From Clostridia bacterium (GTDB lineage: Bacteria; Bacillota; Clostridia; Oscillospirales; CAG-272), in assembly GCA_017522795.1 (NCBI GenBank), contig JAFWXZ010000070.1, positions 6,202-70,201 of the forward strand: DNA of 64,000 nucleotides, read 5' to 3'. The notes beneath the pieces were generated by a model. That model worked only from the letters and a program-made list of their open reading frames with translations. It ran no database searches and was not told where the DNA came from. Made by a program: the position numbers and the translations under genes. Below, one piece after another: positions 49,117 through 57,455 of this stretch (within the stretch, counting starts at the first letter, position 1; each line of letters begins with the position of its first letter).

Positions 49117-49827
49117 ATGATTCATATTGCAGTTGTAGATGATGAGTCAAGCTACGTAACTCAAATTCAACAATATCTTAAGCAATACGAAGCAGAGAGC
49201 GGAGAGTTCATAAAAACCTCCGTCTTTTACGACGGTGATAGCATCGTTCATAAATATCGCTCTCAGTTTGACATTATTTTAATGGACGTAGAGATGAAAT
49301 TTATGGACGGTATGAGTGCCGCAGAGGAAATAAGAAAAATAGATTCTGAGGTAGTGATAATCTTTATTACCAACACTCCCCAATATGCTATTAGAGGCTA
49401 TGCGGTGGAGGCGCTTGATTATCTTTTGAAACCGCTGTCCTATTTTGCATTTTCTCAATGCCTTGGAAGAGCTATCAGCCGCATGAAAAACCGAATATCA
49501 AAGGCTGTTACCGTCAATATCAAGGGTGGCACGGCAAGGCTTGACGTGGCGGATATATATTACGTAGAGAGTCGCGGTCACAATATGATATATCACACCA
49601 CATCCGGAGAGTATGAGGCATCCTCTACTATGAAGGAAACCGAGGACACCCTTGGTGATATGGGTTTTTTCCGAGCGAGTAAATGGTATCTTATCAATCT
49701 TGCTCACGTTGACGGCTTCAAAGATGGCTATGCAAAGCTGCCGGGTGCCGAGCTCGCCGTTTCAAGAGCAAAGAAAAAGGAGTTTATGGAGGCGCTTACC
49801 GCTTATTGGGGAGGAGTGATCAAATAA
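49117..49827 (+). CDS. LytTR/AlgR family response regulator
   Basis: Receiver domain (IAVVDDE...ILMDVEM) plus a C-terminal LytTR DNA-binding domain (IYYVESRGHNMIYHT...FFRASKWYLINLAHV). Confidence 0.9.
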   Translation: MIHIAVVDDESSYVTQIQQYLKQYEAESGEFIKTSVFYDGDSIVHKYRSQFDIILMDVEMKFMDGMSAAEEIRKIDSEVVIIFITNTPQYAIRGYAVEALDYLLKPLSYFAFSQCLGRAISRMKNRISKAVTVNIKGGTARLDVADIYYVESRGHNMIYHTTSGEYEASSTMKETEDTLGDMGFFRASKWYLINLAHVDGFKDGYAKLPGAELAVSRAKKKEFMEALTAYWGGVIK

Positions 49828-51140
49828 TGATAGGGCACGCAGTACCGGATATTCCAAGATATTATACTGCTCTTGCAGAATGGCTTTCCTGCGGACTTTT
49901 CGTCATCCTGCTTGGACCGAAGCTCAGCAAGCCTAAGCTTGCGATCGTAGGGGTTATTTATCTCGCTGCCCTCACTATGTTTATGGAGCTTACCGCCACT
50001 ATAACTCTCTGGCTTTGGATACCCTGTATGGTAGCCGCGTTTCTTTCAATGGCTGTATTTATATGGTTCGCCAACAAAATATCATTTTATGAAAGCGTAT
50101 TCTATGCAGTAATGGCATTTTCCATAGCGGAATGTATAGCTTCGCTGGAATGGCAGATAGTAAACTCTATTTACACGGACATCAACCAAATGCCTTGGTA
50201 CATAGAGATATTTGCTCTGACAATAGTTTACGGCATCGTTCTGTTTTCTCTGTGGAAGCTGCTAAGCACAAGAATAAATAAGGAAAGACGTCTTAGTATA
50301 GAAAAAAGAGATTGGTTTATTTCTCTGTTTATTTGTGTTATAGTATTCGGCTTCAGCAACTTGAGCTTTATAACCGTATCATCCTCTGTATCGGGACAAT
50401 ATTTCAAGGAAATAGCATACACCAGAACGCTTGTGGATATAGCGGGAGTGGCTATGCTTTACGCCCACTTTCTTACCTGTAGAAACAATATGGTAAACCG
50501 TGAGCTTAATGCGGTGCAGAATGCTCTGAAAAATCAGTACGTTCAGTACAAGCAGTCCAGAGAAAGCATTGATATTATCAATATGAAATATCACGATCTA
50601 AAGCATCAGATCAATATGCTCAGAAGCCTTAACGACAACGAGCAACGCAGCGCCTTTCTTGACAGTATGGAGGCGGATATCCGCGCATACGAGCTGCAAA
50701 ACAAAACCGGCAACAGCGTTCTTGATACTTTAATTATAGGTAAAAGCATGTATTGCTCAAAGCACGGTATCACGATGACTGTGGTTGCAGACGGAAAGCT
50801 GCTTGATTTTATGGACTCTATGGACATCTGCAGTATATTTGGAAACGCATTGGATAACGCAATAGAATCGGTTATGAAAACCAATGAGAAGGAAAAGCGT
50901 CTTATACACCTCAGCGTGTCGCAGGTAAAGTCCTTCGTTATGATACGTATTGAAAATTATTATGAGGGAGATCTAAAAATTGACGACGGAAACTTCATTA
51001 CTACAAAAAATGATAAGCGTTTTCACGGCTATGGTATCAAGAGTATAAAATACACGGTTGACAGATATGACGGCGTTGTAAATATCAATGCGGAAAATCA
51101 TTGGTTTGAGCTTAAAATTCTTATTCCTTACAATAACTAA
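49827..51140 (+). CDS. Agr-type (HPK10) sensor histidine kinase, GHKL ATPase with a polytopic N-terminal sensor
   Basis: 6-7 TM helices. H-box KYHDLKHQINML, N-box FGNALDNAIES, G-box HGYGIKSIK. TAATG overlap with the regulator gene. Confidence 0.88.
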   Translation: MIGHAVPDIPRYYTALAEWLSCGLFVILLGPKLSKPKLAIVGVIYLAALTMFMELTATITLWLWIPCMVAAFLSMAVFIWFANKISFYESVFYAVMAFSIAECIASLEWQIVNSIYTDINQMPWYIEIFALTIVYGIVLFSLWKLLSTRINKERRLSIEKRDWFISLFICVIVFGFSNLSFITVSSSVSGQYFKEIAYTRTLVDIAGVAMLYAHFLTCRNNMVNRELNAVQNALKNQYVQYKQSRESIDIINMKYHDLKHQINMLRSLNDNEQRSAFLDSMEADIRAYELQNKTGNSVLDTLIIGKSMYCSKHGITMTVVADGKLLDFMDSMDICSIFGNALDNAIESVMKTNEKEKRLIHLSVSQVKSFVMIRIENYYEGDLKIDDGNFITTKNDKRFHGYGIKSIKYTVDRYDGVVNINAENHWFELKILIPYNN

Positions 51141-51167
51141 ACTTTATATTTTTTATTGATTTTTTGG

Positions 51168-51210
51168 GGCGATCTTGCTTTTTGCGGTAAGATCGCCTTT
51201 GTTTATTTTT
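51168..51210 (+). terminator. Rho-independent terminator after the kinase gene
   Basis: 9-bp stem GGCGATCTT / AAGATCGCC followed by a T-rich tract. Confidence 0.7.
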
Positions 51211-51244
51211 AACAAAATGACCGTCTTAAAAATTGGCTCTTTTG

Positions 51245-51292
51245 GACAAATTAATTACCGTTTATGCAAATAAGATGCGATTCGTGCAAATT
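51245..51292 (+). promoter_or_regulatory. Three direct repeats RCAAAT(T/A) with an exact 20-bp period; candidate response-regulator binding sites
   Basis: CAAAT at 51247, 51267 and 51287 (gACAAATT, tGCAAATA, tGCAAATT). They abut TTGACG at 51291 and lie about 110 bp upstream of the ATG at 51401. Confidence 0.4.
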
Positions 51293-51400
51293 GACGTTTT
51301 CCCTACCTTTTTTATGATATTATAAAATAAATCAATGACGAAATTGATATTTACAGGTTTTGAAGTAAACAAAAATATTACATATTTAGGGAGCTGTTCT

Positions 51401-51982
51401 ATGGAAAAAATCAAAGATTTATGGAATAAATTTGCGCAAAGCCATCCCAAGCTTTCGCAATGGGTAAGAGAAGGCGGGCTTTTCGTTATCGTAAGTAACG
51501 TAATCACCGTTTTTAAGTATTTGCTCCTCACATTTTTGCCCGCGGCGTTTGCCTTTATGGGCAGTCAGGATTTCGGATTTCCCGGTATTGACATTACTCT
51601 CTTCGGCATTGAGTTCAAGTGGTATATAATCGGATACGGTGCAGATCAGGGCGGCGCGGCATACTTCACCGCATATATGATAGCTATGGTTATCGGTGAG
51701 GTTATAAACTTCTTTATCCAGCGCAAGTATGTGTTCCGTTCCAACGGTAATATTGTCCGTCAGGGTGCCTGGTATTTCCTTGCCTTCTGCGTAGTCACCT
51801 GCGTGGTTAATTCCATTAACTGCATCTGGGCGGCCGTGGCAGGTCACTTCGTTGATCCTTGGCTTTATAACATCGGTACAACCGTTCTTAACGGCGGTGT
51901 TTCTATGGTAGTTTTCTTTGTTGTTAATAAAATAGTTTTTGAAAGCAAAAAGGAGGAGGAAAAAGAAAAGTGCGAGGAATAA
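51401..51982 (+). CDS. GtrA-like family membrane protein
   Basis: 4-TM protein with the FIQRKYVFRS motif typical of GtrA-like proteins. RBS AGGGAG upstream of the ATG at 51401. Confidence 0.7.
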   Translation: MEKIKDLWNKFAQSHPKLSQWVREGGLFVIVSNVITVFKYLLLTFLPAAFAFMGSQDFGFPGIDITLFGIEFKWYIIGYGADQGGAAYFTAYMIAMVIGEVINFFIQRKYVFRSNGNIVRQGAWYFLAFCVVTCVVNSINCIWAAVAGHFVDPWLYNIGTTVLNGGVSMVVFFVVNKIVFESKKEEEKEKCEE

Positions 51983-52926
51983 CAAAAATATCCTTTGTTA
52001 TAGTACTTTTTTGTCTGATGCTTTCCTGCACGTTGCTTACGGGATGTGAGACTATAAATACACTCAAAGAAAAGTTTGAGGAGATGAGTCAGAATAACGG
52101 TTCTTCGGTAGACGATGACAACCTGTCAGACGGAGATCAAAACGGTGATACGGATGGCGATGATATTCATATCAATGGCAGCTGTACACACAGTCTCAAA
52201 AAGCTTGATTGGGTAGCCCCCACCTGCATCGCTGAAGGTAAGCGCGGCGCCTTCCAATGCAAGCTCTGCGGCAAAATCTTTGAATATTTTGCCGAAAAGG
52301 ATGGGCTTGTAGAGGTTAAGGAGCAGAGCAGTATTCCGAAGAAGGATCATACCGTAAGCAATAAATACGGCATACGTCTTAAATCGGGAGTCAGTAAGGC
52401 AACGAGCTTTTCCGACTATGAAATCGTCACGGTGTGCAATACCTGCGGCACAGGATTTGCGGTCGGGGAGAGCGATCTTAGACCCTTTACTCCATCTACT
52501 AAGGTTCTGTATGACGACGTCACCCCTGTAAGCTTTACGCGTGACACGGTTGACGGTTTAGTTTCAACCACTTATATCTTTCCTTCATCTACCAAGGTCG
52601 GTATTCACAATTGGGTATATCACAACAATGATAGCGGAAAGCTTGACGCAAACACAAAGGTTCCGTTCTCGGCAAATACCGATAGGTATATTCTGATGAT
52701 GGTAAAAAATAACTCGGGCGAGAAAGTCACCTTTAAATACGGAGCGGAATACTATTCCACCTATTGCTGGTCTGAGCCCGTCACCGTTGAAGGCGGAGAG
52801 TATCAGGCGTTTGTTCTGAAGCTTAACTTTAGCGGCTCGGATTACGCCTGCTATCACACCATACAGCTTCTTGACTCCATATCCAATGACGTCAGTCTGA
52901 CGTTCAGCGGCTTTTACGTAAATTAA
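51970..52926 (+). CDS. Lipoprotein A: His-Cys3 module(s) plus shared beta-sandwich domain
   Basis: GTG start after AGGAGGAGG. Lipobox LLTGC. Module CTHSLKKLDWVAPTCIAEGKRGAFQCKLCGKIF. C-terminal domain with PFSANTDRY...VTFKYGAEYY...LTFSGFYV, paralogous to 55226 and 53930. Confidence 0.75.
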   Translation: MRGITKISFVIVLFCLMLSCTLLTGCETINTLKEKFEEMSQNNGSSVDDDNLSDGDQNGDTDGDDIHINGSCTHSLKKLDWVAPTCIAEGKRGAFQCKLCGKIFEYFAEKDGLVEVKEQSSIPKKDHTVSNKYGIRLKSGVSKATSFSDYEIVTVCNTCGTGFAVGESDLRPFTPSTKVLYDDVTPVSFTRDTVDGLVSTTYIFPSSTKVGIHNWVYHNNDSGKLDANTKVPFSANTDRYILMMVKNNSGEKVTFKYGAEYYSTYCWSEPVTVEGGEYQAFVLKLNFSGSDYACYHTIQLLDSISNDVSLTFSGFYVN

Positions 52927-52939
52927 GGAGGTAATAGCG

Positions 52940-53842
52940 GTGAAAAAAATACTCGTAAAAGCAATTGCCTTAATTACATTGCTTACCTGCCTTACCTCTC
53001 TTCTCGGAGCGACCGCCGTTTCTAATAAAACCAATGATGGAGATAACAGCGTAAAGCTCAATGCATCATATGAAATAATGAGCTTCAACATCCGTACCGA
53101 CGTGGACGGAGGACAAAGAGCCTGGTCCTATCGGGGAGAGTATCTGATGGATTACATAAGAGAGCATGGCGCGGACGTGGTTGCTCTCCAGGAGGTAAAG
53201 CGCTCTCAGTTTTCTTCTATAAAGGCATCTCTCTCCGATGTGTATCAAATGATATATTTTGAGAGAGATACAGCGGCGGATCCCGAGGGACTTGCTATCC
53301 TGTATTCATATGAATTCGAGCTTGTTAAAGGGGATGTCTTCTGGCTCAGCGAAACTCCCGATGTGATGTCTAAGGGCTGGGACGCCGATTATCACAGAAT
53401 ATGCGTTCACGCTCTGCTCCGCAGCTGCTACGGCAACTATCTTGACGTATACAATACCCATCTTGAATGGGCGGGCGAGAGGGCGAGAAACGAAGGACTC
53501 AGGCTTATCGTTGACAGGGCGTCTGAAAGCCAATATCCATCAATCATATGCGGAGACTTCAATGCAACCGAGGATGAGGATACCTACGATATTATCGGAA
53601 GCAGATTTAACGACACCGCAAAGCTTGCTCCGGTAAGCGACAGCGGATGGACTGCCCACGATTGGGGACTTTTTGATCCCGAATGGTCAAAGCCTATCGA
53701 TTTTATTTTTACAAGTAAGAATATTAAGGTCGATAAGTTTGATATTTTACAGGACGTTATCTCCGATGGCGTATATTACTCCGATCACTACGCCGTGACT
53801 GCTAAGCTGAATTATGATTACGTTCTTAAATATGTAGATTAA
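52940..53842 (+). CDS. Secreted endonuclease/exonuclease/phosphatase (EEP) family protein
   Basis: Signal peptide. EEP motifs VVALQEV, GDFNATEDE and SDHYAV. Confidence 0.85.
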   Translation: MKKILVKAIALITLLTCLTSLLGATAVSNKTNDGDNSVKLNASYEIMSFNIRTDVDGGQRAWSYRGEYLMDYIREHGADVVALQEVKRSQFSSIKASLSDVYQMIYFERDTAADPEGLAILYSYEFELVKGDVFWLSETPDVMSKGWDADYHRICVHALLRSCYGNYLDVYNTHLEWAGERARNEGLRLIVDRASESQYPSIICGDFNATEDEDTYDIIGSRFNDTAKLAPVSDSGWTAHDWGLFDPEWSKPIDFIFTSKNIKVDKFDILQDVISDGVYYSDHYAVTAKLNYDYVLKYVD

Positions 53843-53929
53843 TCTGTTTAACCTTACCCTCTTATGAGGGTGTTAAAATAAAAAAATCAATTTAATATAG
53901 CAGGAAAAACCTGCAAGAAGGAGGATGGA

Positions 53930-55213
53930 ATGAACAAAACGAAAAGAATTTTCGCTGTGACCGCTATGCTTATCGTGCTTATTGCATGCGCTATGCTGGC
54001 GGGATGCTCACCCGATTCCGGTGACACCGGGTTTTCTCACGTTCACACTCTGACCAGAGTCGCGCCCAAGGCAGCTACCTGTCTTGAGGACGGAAACAGA
54101 GAGTACTACATTTGCAGCGGATGCAACAAGACATTCGGCGATGCCGAGGGCAACGCTCCCATCACAAGTGAAAAATACGTTATTCCCGCAAAGGAGCATA
54201 ACGTAGCAATGCACAGTGAGAAAAAGGCGACTTGCTTTTCCAATGGAATCAAGGCATATTACGAATGCAGAAACTGTGGCACACTCTTCAGAGATGCTGA
54301 CGGTATGTTTGAGATAAGCGCTCCCGCTTCTATTCCCGCGACATCTCATTCGCTTACCAAGGTGGAGGGAAAGGCAGCTGTAGGATTTACGTCCGGTTGG
54401 CAGGAGCATTATGCCTGCGATAACTGTGACAAGCTCTATAAGGATGCCCTTGGAACTATAGAAACTACCTTTGATGAGATCAAGATCGTTCCCGTGCTTA
54501 CTGATTTTGAGTACAAGATAGCATTCACTCCCGCGGCAAATATTGATAGCGGCTCAAATTACATATCTGCATCCTACGTTGAGGTCAACGGACTTCCCGC
54601 TACGGAATTCACCCTCAAGGCAGGCACTCCCGCAGATACCGAGGCTTACGCGTGGATCCACCAGACTGTATCTCAGACTATGCCCCAGGGAATAAATCTC
54701 AGAATTCCCACCTTCAGCGGTAAGGAAAAGAAGCTGTCTCTCACAGTTACCAATAGCGGTTCCGAGGATATATCCTTCCGCTTCTACGCTGAAAACTACG
54801 GAGATAAGGGCGGCGTTAACGTTACTGTTGGCGCAGGAGAAACCAAGACCGTAGAGTTCACCATCAATCCCGGATCATCCACCGGATGTAATCTTCCTAT
54901 CAAGATTCTGAGCAGTGTAAATCAGGAGACCAAGCTTACAATGCAGGGCTTCTTCTACTGCGAGGGAGAGGTTGACGGCATTTCTCTGTACAAGGATGCG
55001 GAAAAGAAGACCTTTAAGGTTGGCGACAAATTTAGCACCGACGGACTTGTAGTTAAGGCTAAGGGCTCAAGCTATGACGAGGTCGTTATTGCAAATTATA
55101 TGACGGATATCGAGGAGGGCTACGTATTCACCGCAGAGGACGTCGGTACAAAGACCGTCACCGTTGCGTACGGCGAATACACTACCACCTACGAAATCAC
55201 TATTGAATCCTAA
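53930..55213 (+). CDS. Lipoprotein B: three His-Cys3 modules plus shared beta-sandwich plus Ig-like domain
   Basis: Lipobox LAGC. Modules HVHTLTRVAPKAATCLEDGNREYYICSGCNKTF and EHNVAMHSEKKATCFSNGIKAYYECRNCGTLF, plus a degenerate third. ISFRFYAENYGDKGGVNVTVGAGE core. Terminal Ig-like domain (KTVTVAYGEYTTTYEITI). Confidence 0.8.
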   Translation: MNKTKRIFAVTAMLIVLIACAMLAGCSPDSGDTGFSHVHTLTRVAPKAATCLEDGNREYYICSGCNKTFGDAEGNAPITSEKYVIPAKEHNVAMHSEKKATCFSNGIKAYYECRNCGTLFRDADGMFEISAPASIPATSHSLTKVEGKAAVGFTSGWQEHYACDNCDKLYKDALGTIETTFDEIKIVPVLTDFEYKIAFTPAANIDSGSNYISASYVEVNGLPATEFTLKAGTPADTEAYAWIHQTVSQTMPQGINLRIPTFSGKEKKLSLTVTNSGSEDISFRFYAENYGDKGGVNVTVGAGETKTVEFTINPGSSTGCNLPIKILSSVNQETKLTMQGFFYCEGEVDGISLYKDAEKKTFKVGDKFSTDGLVVKAKGSSYDEVVIANYMTDIEEGYVFTAEDVGTKTVTVAYGEYTTTYEITIES

Positions 55214-55225
55214 GGAGTGAAGATT

Positions 55226-57028
55226 ATGAGTAAAATTATTAAGAAAATTATAGCATCTTCGCTTTTAGCCGCAACCCTACTGATAGGAATCGGCGCGCTC
55301 AGTAGCTGTAACGTTGATTGGGATTACTGCCAGCATAAGCTGGAGGAGATACCAAAAAGTGAAGCAAGCTGTATGAAGGTCGGCAAGAAGACCGCCTATC
55401 AGTGCGTAAAATGCGGAAAGCTCTTTGCCTACGGCTATCTCAACGGCAAAGACGGTACAAAGGGCATTTATGAGATCAGCAGTCAGGAAATGCTTGACTA
55501 TTCTAACCACAAGATCGGAGATCTTTACGGTGATCTCAAGGCAGATATGACAACCTTTGATGCATCCAGCCTTGAGGACTTCTCTGTTTGGTCGCACTGC
55601 TCCGAGGAGGGCTGCGGCGAGGCGTTTGAGGTAGAATTACAGAATCTTATTCCATTTGCTCCCTGTGACAACACCAGCGGAAACGCAGATTACGTTGTAG
55701 TAGGCGAGGAAACGGATGCTACGAGATTTGAGATTCCCGCAAATACCCAGTCGGGCAAGTGTATCACAATATATACCGGTGGTAGCAAAATGAATACCGC
55801 CACAAACAAGATCCCCTTCTCCGCAAATACCGACCGTCACGTTATCCTCTTCTTCCACAATGACGGAAATCAGGACGTTAACGTCAGATACGGTACCGAA
55901 TTCTACGGCGAGAGAGTAGGCGTTGACGTGACAGTTCCCGCAAACGGCTACGCTACTGCTTATCTTAATATTAATATGACTCAGTCCAACAGCGACTGCT
56001 ATCACGAGCTGTATATAAATAGCGACATTAAGGAGAGCTTCGGACTTACAATTTCCGGCTTCTATTACAACGAGGCGAAGCTTCAGAGCGTTAAGATCGG
56101 AGAGTATCCCAAGGTCGAGTATGCTATCGGTGAGGTATTCAGCACCGAGGGACTTGAGGTGGTTGCAAAGTTCGGAGATATTGAGCGCAAGCTTGATGCG
56201 GATGATTACACCCTCGTTCTTAACAACAATAAGCCCATTACCGAGCCTCTCACAGAAGAGGATGACACGGTTTACGTAATCTACAAGAACAAGCAGACCA
56301 GCTTTACCATCAAGGTTCAGAGATATGAGCAGACAGTAAATCTCGTTGCCGCTACCTTTGCAGACGGCACCGCATCTGCGGTTCTTGATAGAAATTCTAT
56401 CATTCCTGCGGATATCGTTGCTACCAACGGTAAGACCATCGAGTACTTCATTGACCAGTACGGCGCGAAGTATGTTCCCGGCGAGGGCAGAGTTCCCGCG
56501 TATAACGCAACTCTTTCTCCCGTATATAGCGGAGTAAGCTTCAGCGATAACTACGCTCTCGGTGCAGACGTAAGTGTAAGCAGCACCTCGCACGGTGGAT
56601 CTAAGGGATCTCTCGTTGACGGTGTTAATTCTGTCAATTCCGATGCGGACGGAAGATGGTCCTCTAAGTCGAACTATGAAACTGCTACTCCCGACGAGGA
56701 AAACAGAGAGTGGGTAATGGTAGACCTTGGCGAATCGAAGTCTATCTGCCAGGTAGTTCTTTATCCCAGAGTATACGGCGGTTACTTCCCCGAGACCTAC
56801 GAGATTCTTGTTTCTGAGGACGGCGAAAAATGGAAGAGTGTAGTATCTGTTGAGTACGACGAGCTGGCATCTAAGGGTTCAGCTCTCGGAAGATGGAATG
56901 GCTTTGAAAGCGTGAACGCGCGCTACGTAAAGGTTGTTGCCATCAAGATGACCGATGACGGCGGCGGAGCAGGCTATATCTTCCAGCTTTCCGAAATAGA
57001 AATTTATGGCGAAACTTCGGGAAATTAA
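55226..57028 (+). CDS. Lipoprotein C: His-Cys3 module(s) plus shared beta-sandwich plus Ig-like domain plus F5/8 type C (discoidin) domain
   Basis: ATG 8 nt after AAGGAG. Lipobox LSSC. Module CQHKLEEIPKSEASCMKVGKKTAYQCVKCGKLF. PFSANTDRHVILFF...VNVRYGTEFYG...LTISGFYY. C-terminal discoidin-like REWVMVDLGESKSICQVVLYPR. Confidence 0.8.
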   Translation: MSKIIKKIIASSLLAATLLIGIGALSSCNVDWDYCQHKLEEIPKSEASCMKVGKKTAYQCVKCGKLFAYGYLNGKDGTKGIYEISSQEMLDYSNHKIGDLYGDLKADMTTFDASSLEDFSVWSHCSEEGCGEAFEVELQNLIPFAPCDNTSGNADYVVVGEETDATRFEIPANTQSGKCITIYTGGSKMNTATNKIPFSANTDRHVILFFHNDGNQDVNVRYGTEFYGERVGVDVTVPANGYATAYLNINMTQSNSDCYHELYINSDIKESFGLTISGFYYNEAKLQSVKIGEYPKVEYAIGEVFSTEGLEVVAKFGDIERKLDADDYTLVLNNNKPITEPLTEEDDTVYVIYKNKQTSFTIKVQRYEQTVNLVAATFADGTASAVLDRNSIIPADIVATNGKTIEYFIDQYGAKYVPGEGRVPAYNATLSPVYSGVSFSDNYALGADVSVSSTSHGGSKGSLVDGVNSVNSDADGRWSSKSNYETATPDEENREWVMVDLGESKSICQVVLYPRVYGGYFPETYEILVSEDGEKWKSVVSVEYDELASKGSALGRWNGFESVNARYVKVVAIKMTDDGGGAGYIFQLSEIEIYGETSGN

Positions 57029-57041
57029 CAGGAGGTAAGAT

Positions 57042-57443
57042 ATGTTCAGATTAAGCTATAAAACATTTATTCTTGTCCCTGCATCCATACTTTGTATGAT
57101 CGTACCCTTCGTGTACAAGGCAGGCTTTGACAACACACAGTATTTCACTCAGGAGGCATATACGCTTCCCTTTATCCTGTGTTCAATCGCTTTGGTTATC
57201 TCTATATTCAACGGAAGATACGGCTCACTTGCAATGTTCCTTTCGGCATTTGCGTGCCTGCTTTCCTTTGTAAACGCATCCTATCTCTATCTTTCCAGCG
57301 TATTTTTCAGCGGTATTCCGGACACATTAGGCGCTATGCTTGAGCAGATTGGATTTAACTGGTCGTTCTGTGCACTTTCTCTTCTCGGCGCAATGCTCGT
57401 CGGCATAGTTTCTATGTTTCTTCCCGACGGTAGCAGTATTTAA
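57042..57443 (+). CDS. Small 4-TM membrane protein
   Basis: RBS AGGAGG. Four hydrophobic helices. Separated by 13 nt from lipoprotein C and by 12 nt from the GH3 gene. Confidence 0.6.
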   Translation: MFRLSYKTFILVPASILCMIVPFVYKAGFDNTQYFTQEAYTLPFILCSIALVISIFNGRYGSLAMFLSAFACLLSFVNASYLYLSSVFFSGIPDTLGAMLEQIGFNWSFCALSLLGAMLVGIVSMFLPDGSSI

Positions 57444-57455
57444 GGAGGCGACATA

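Noticed and set aside
53853-53880. Terminator between the EEP gene and lipoprotein B
   Set aside because: An imperfect hairpin (ACCCTC-TTAT-GAGGGT with bulged extension) is followed by an A-run rather than a T-run on the coding strand, so it does not convincingly break the operon.
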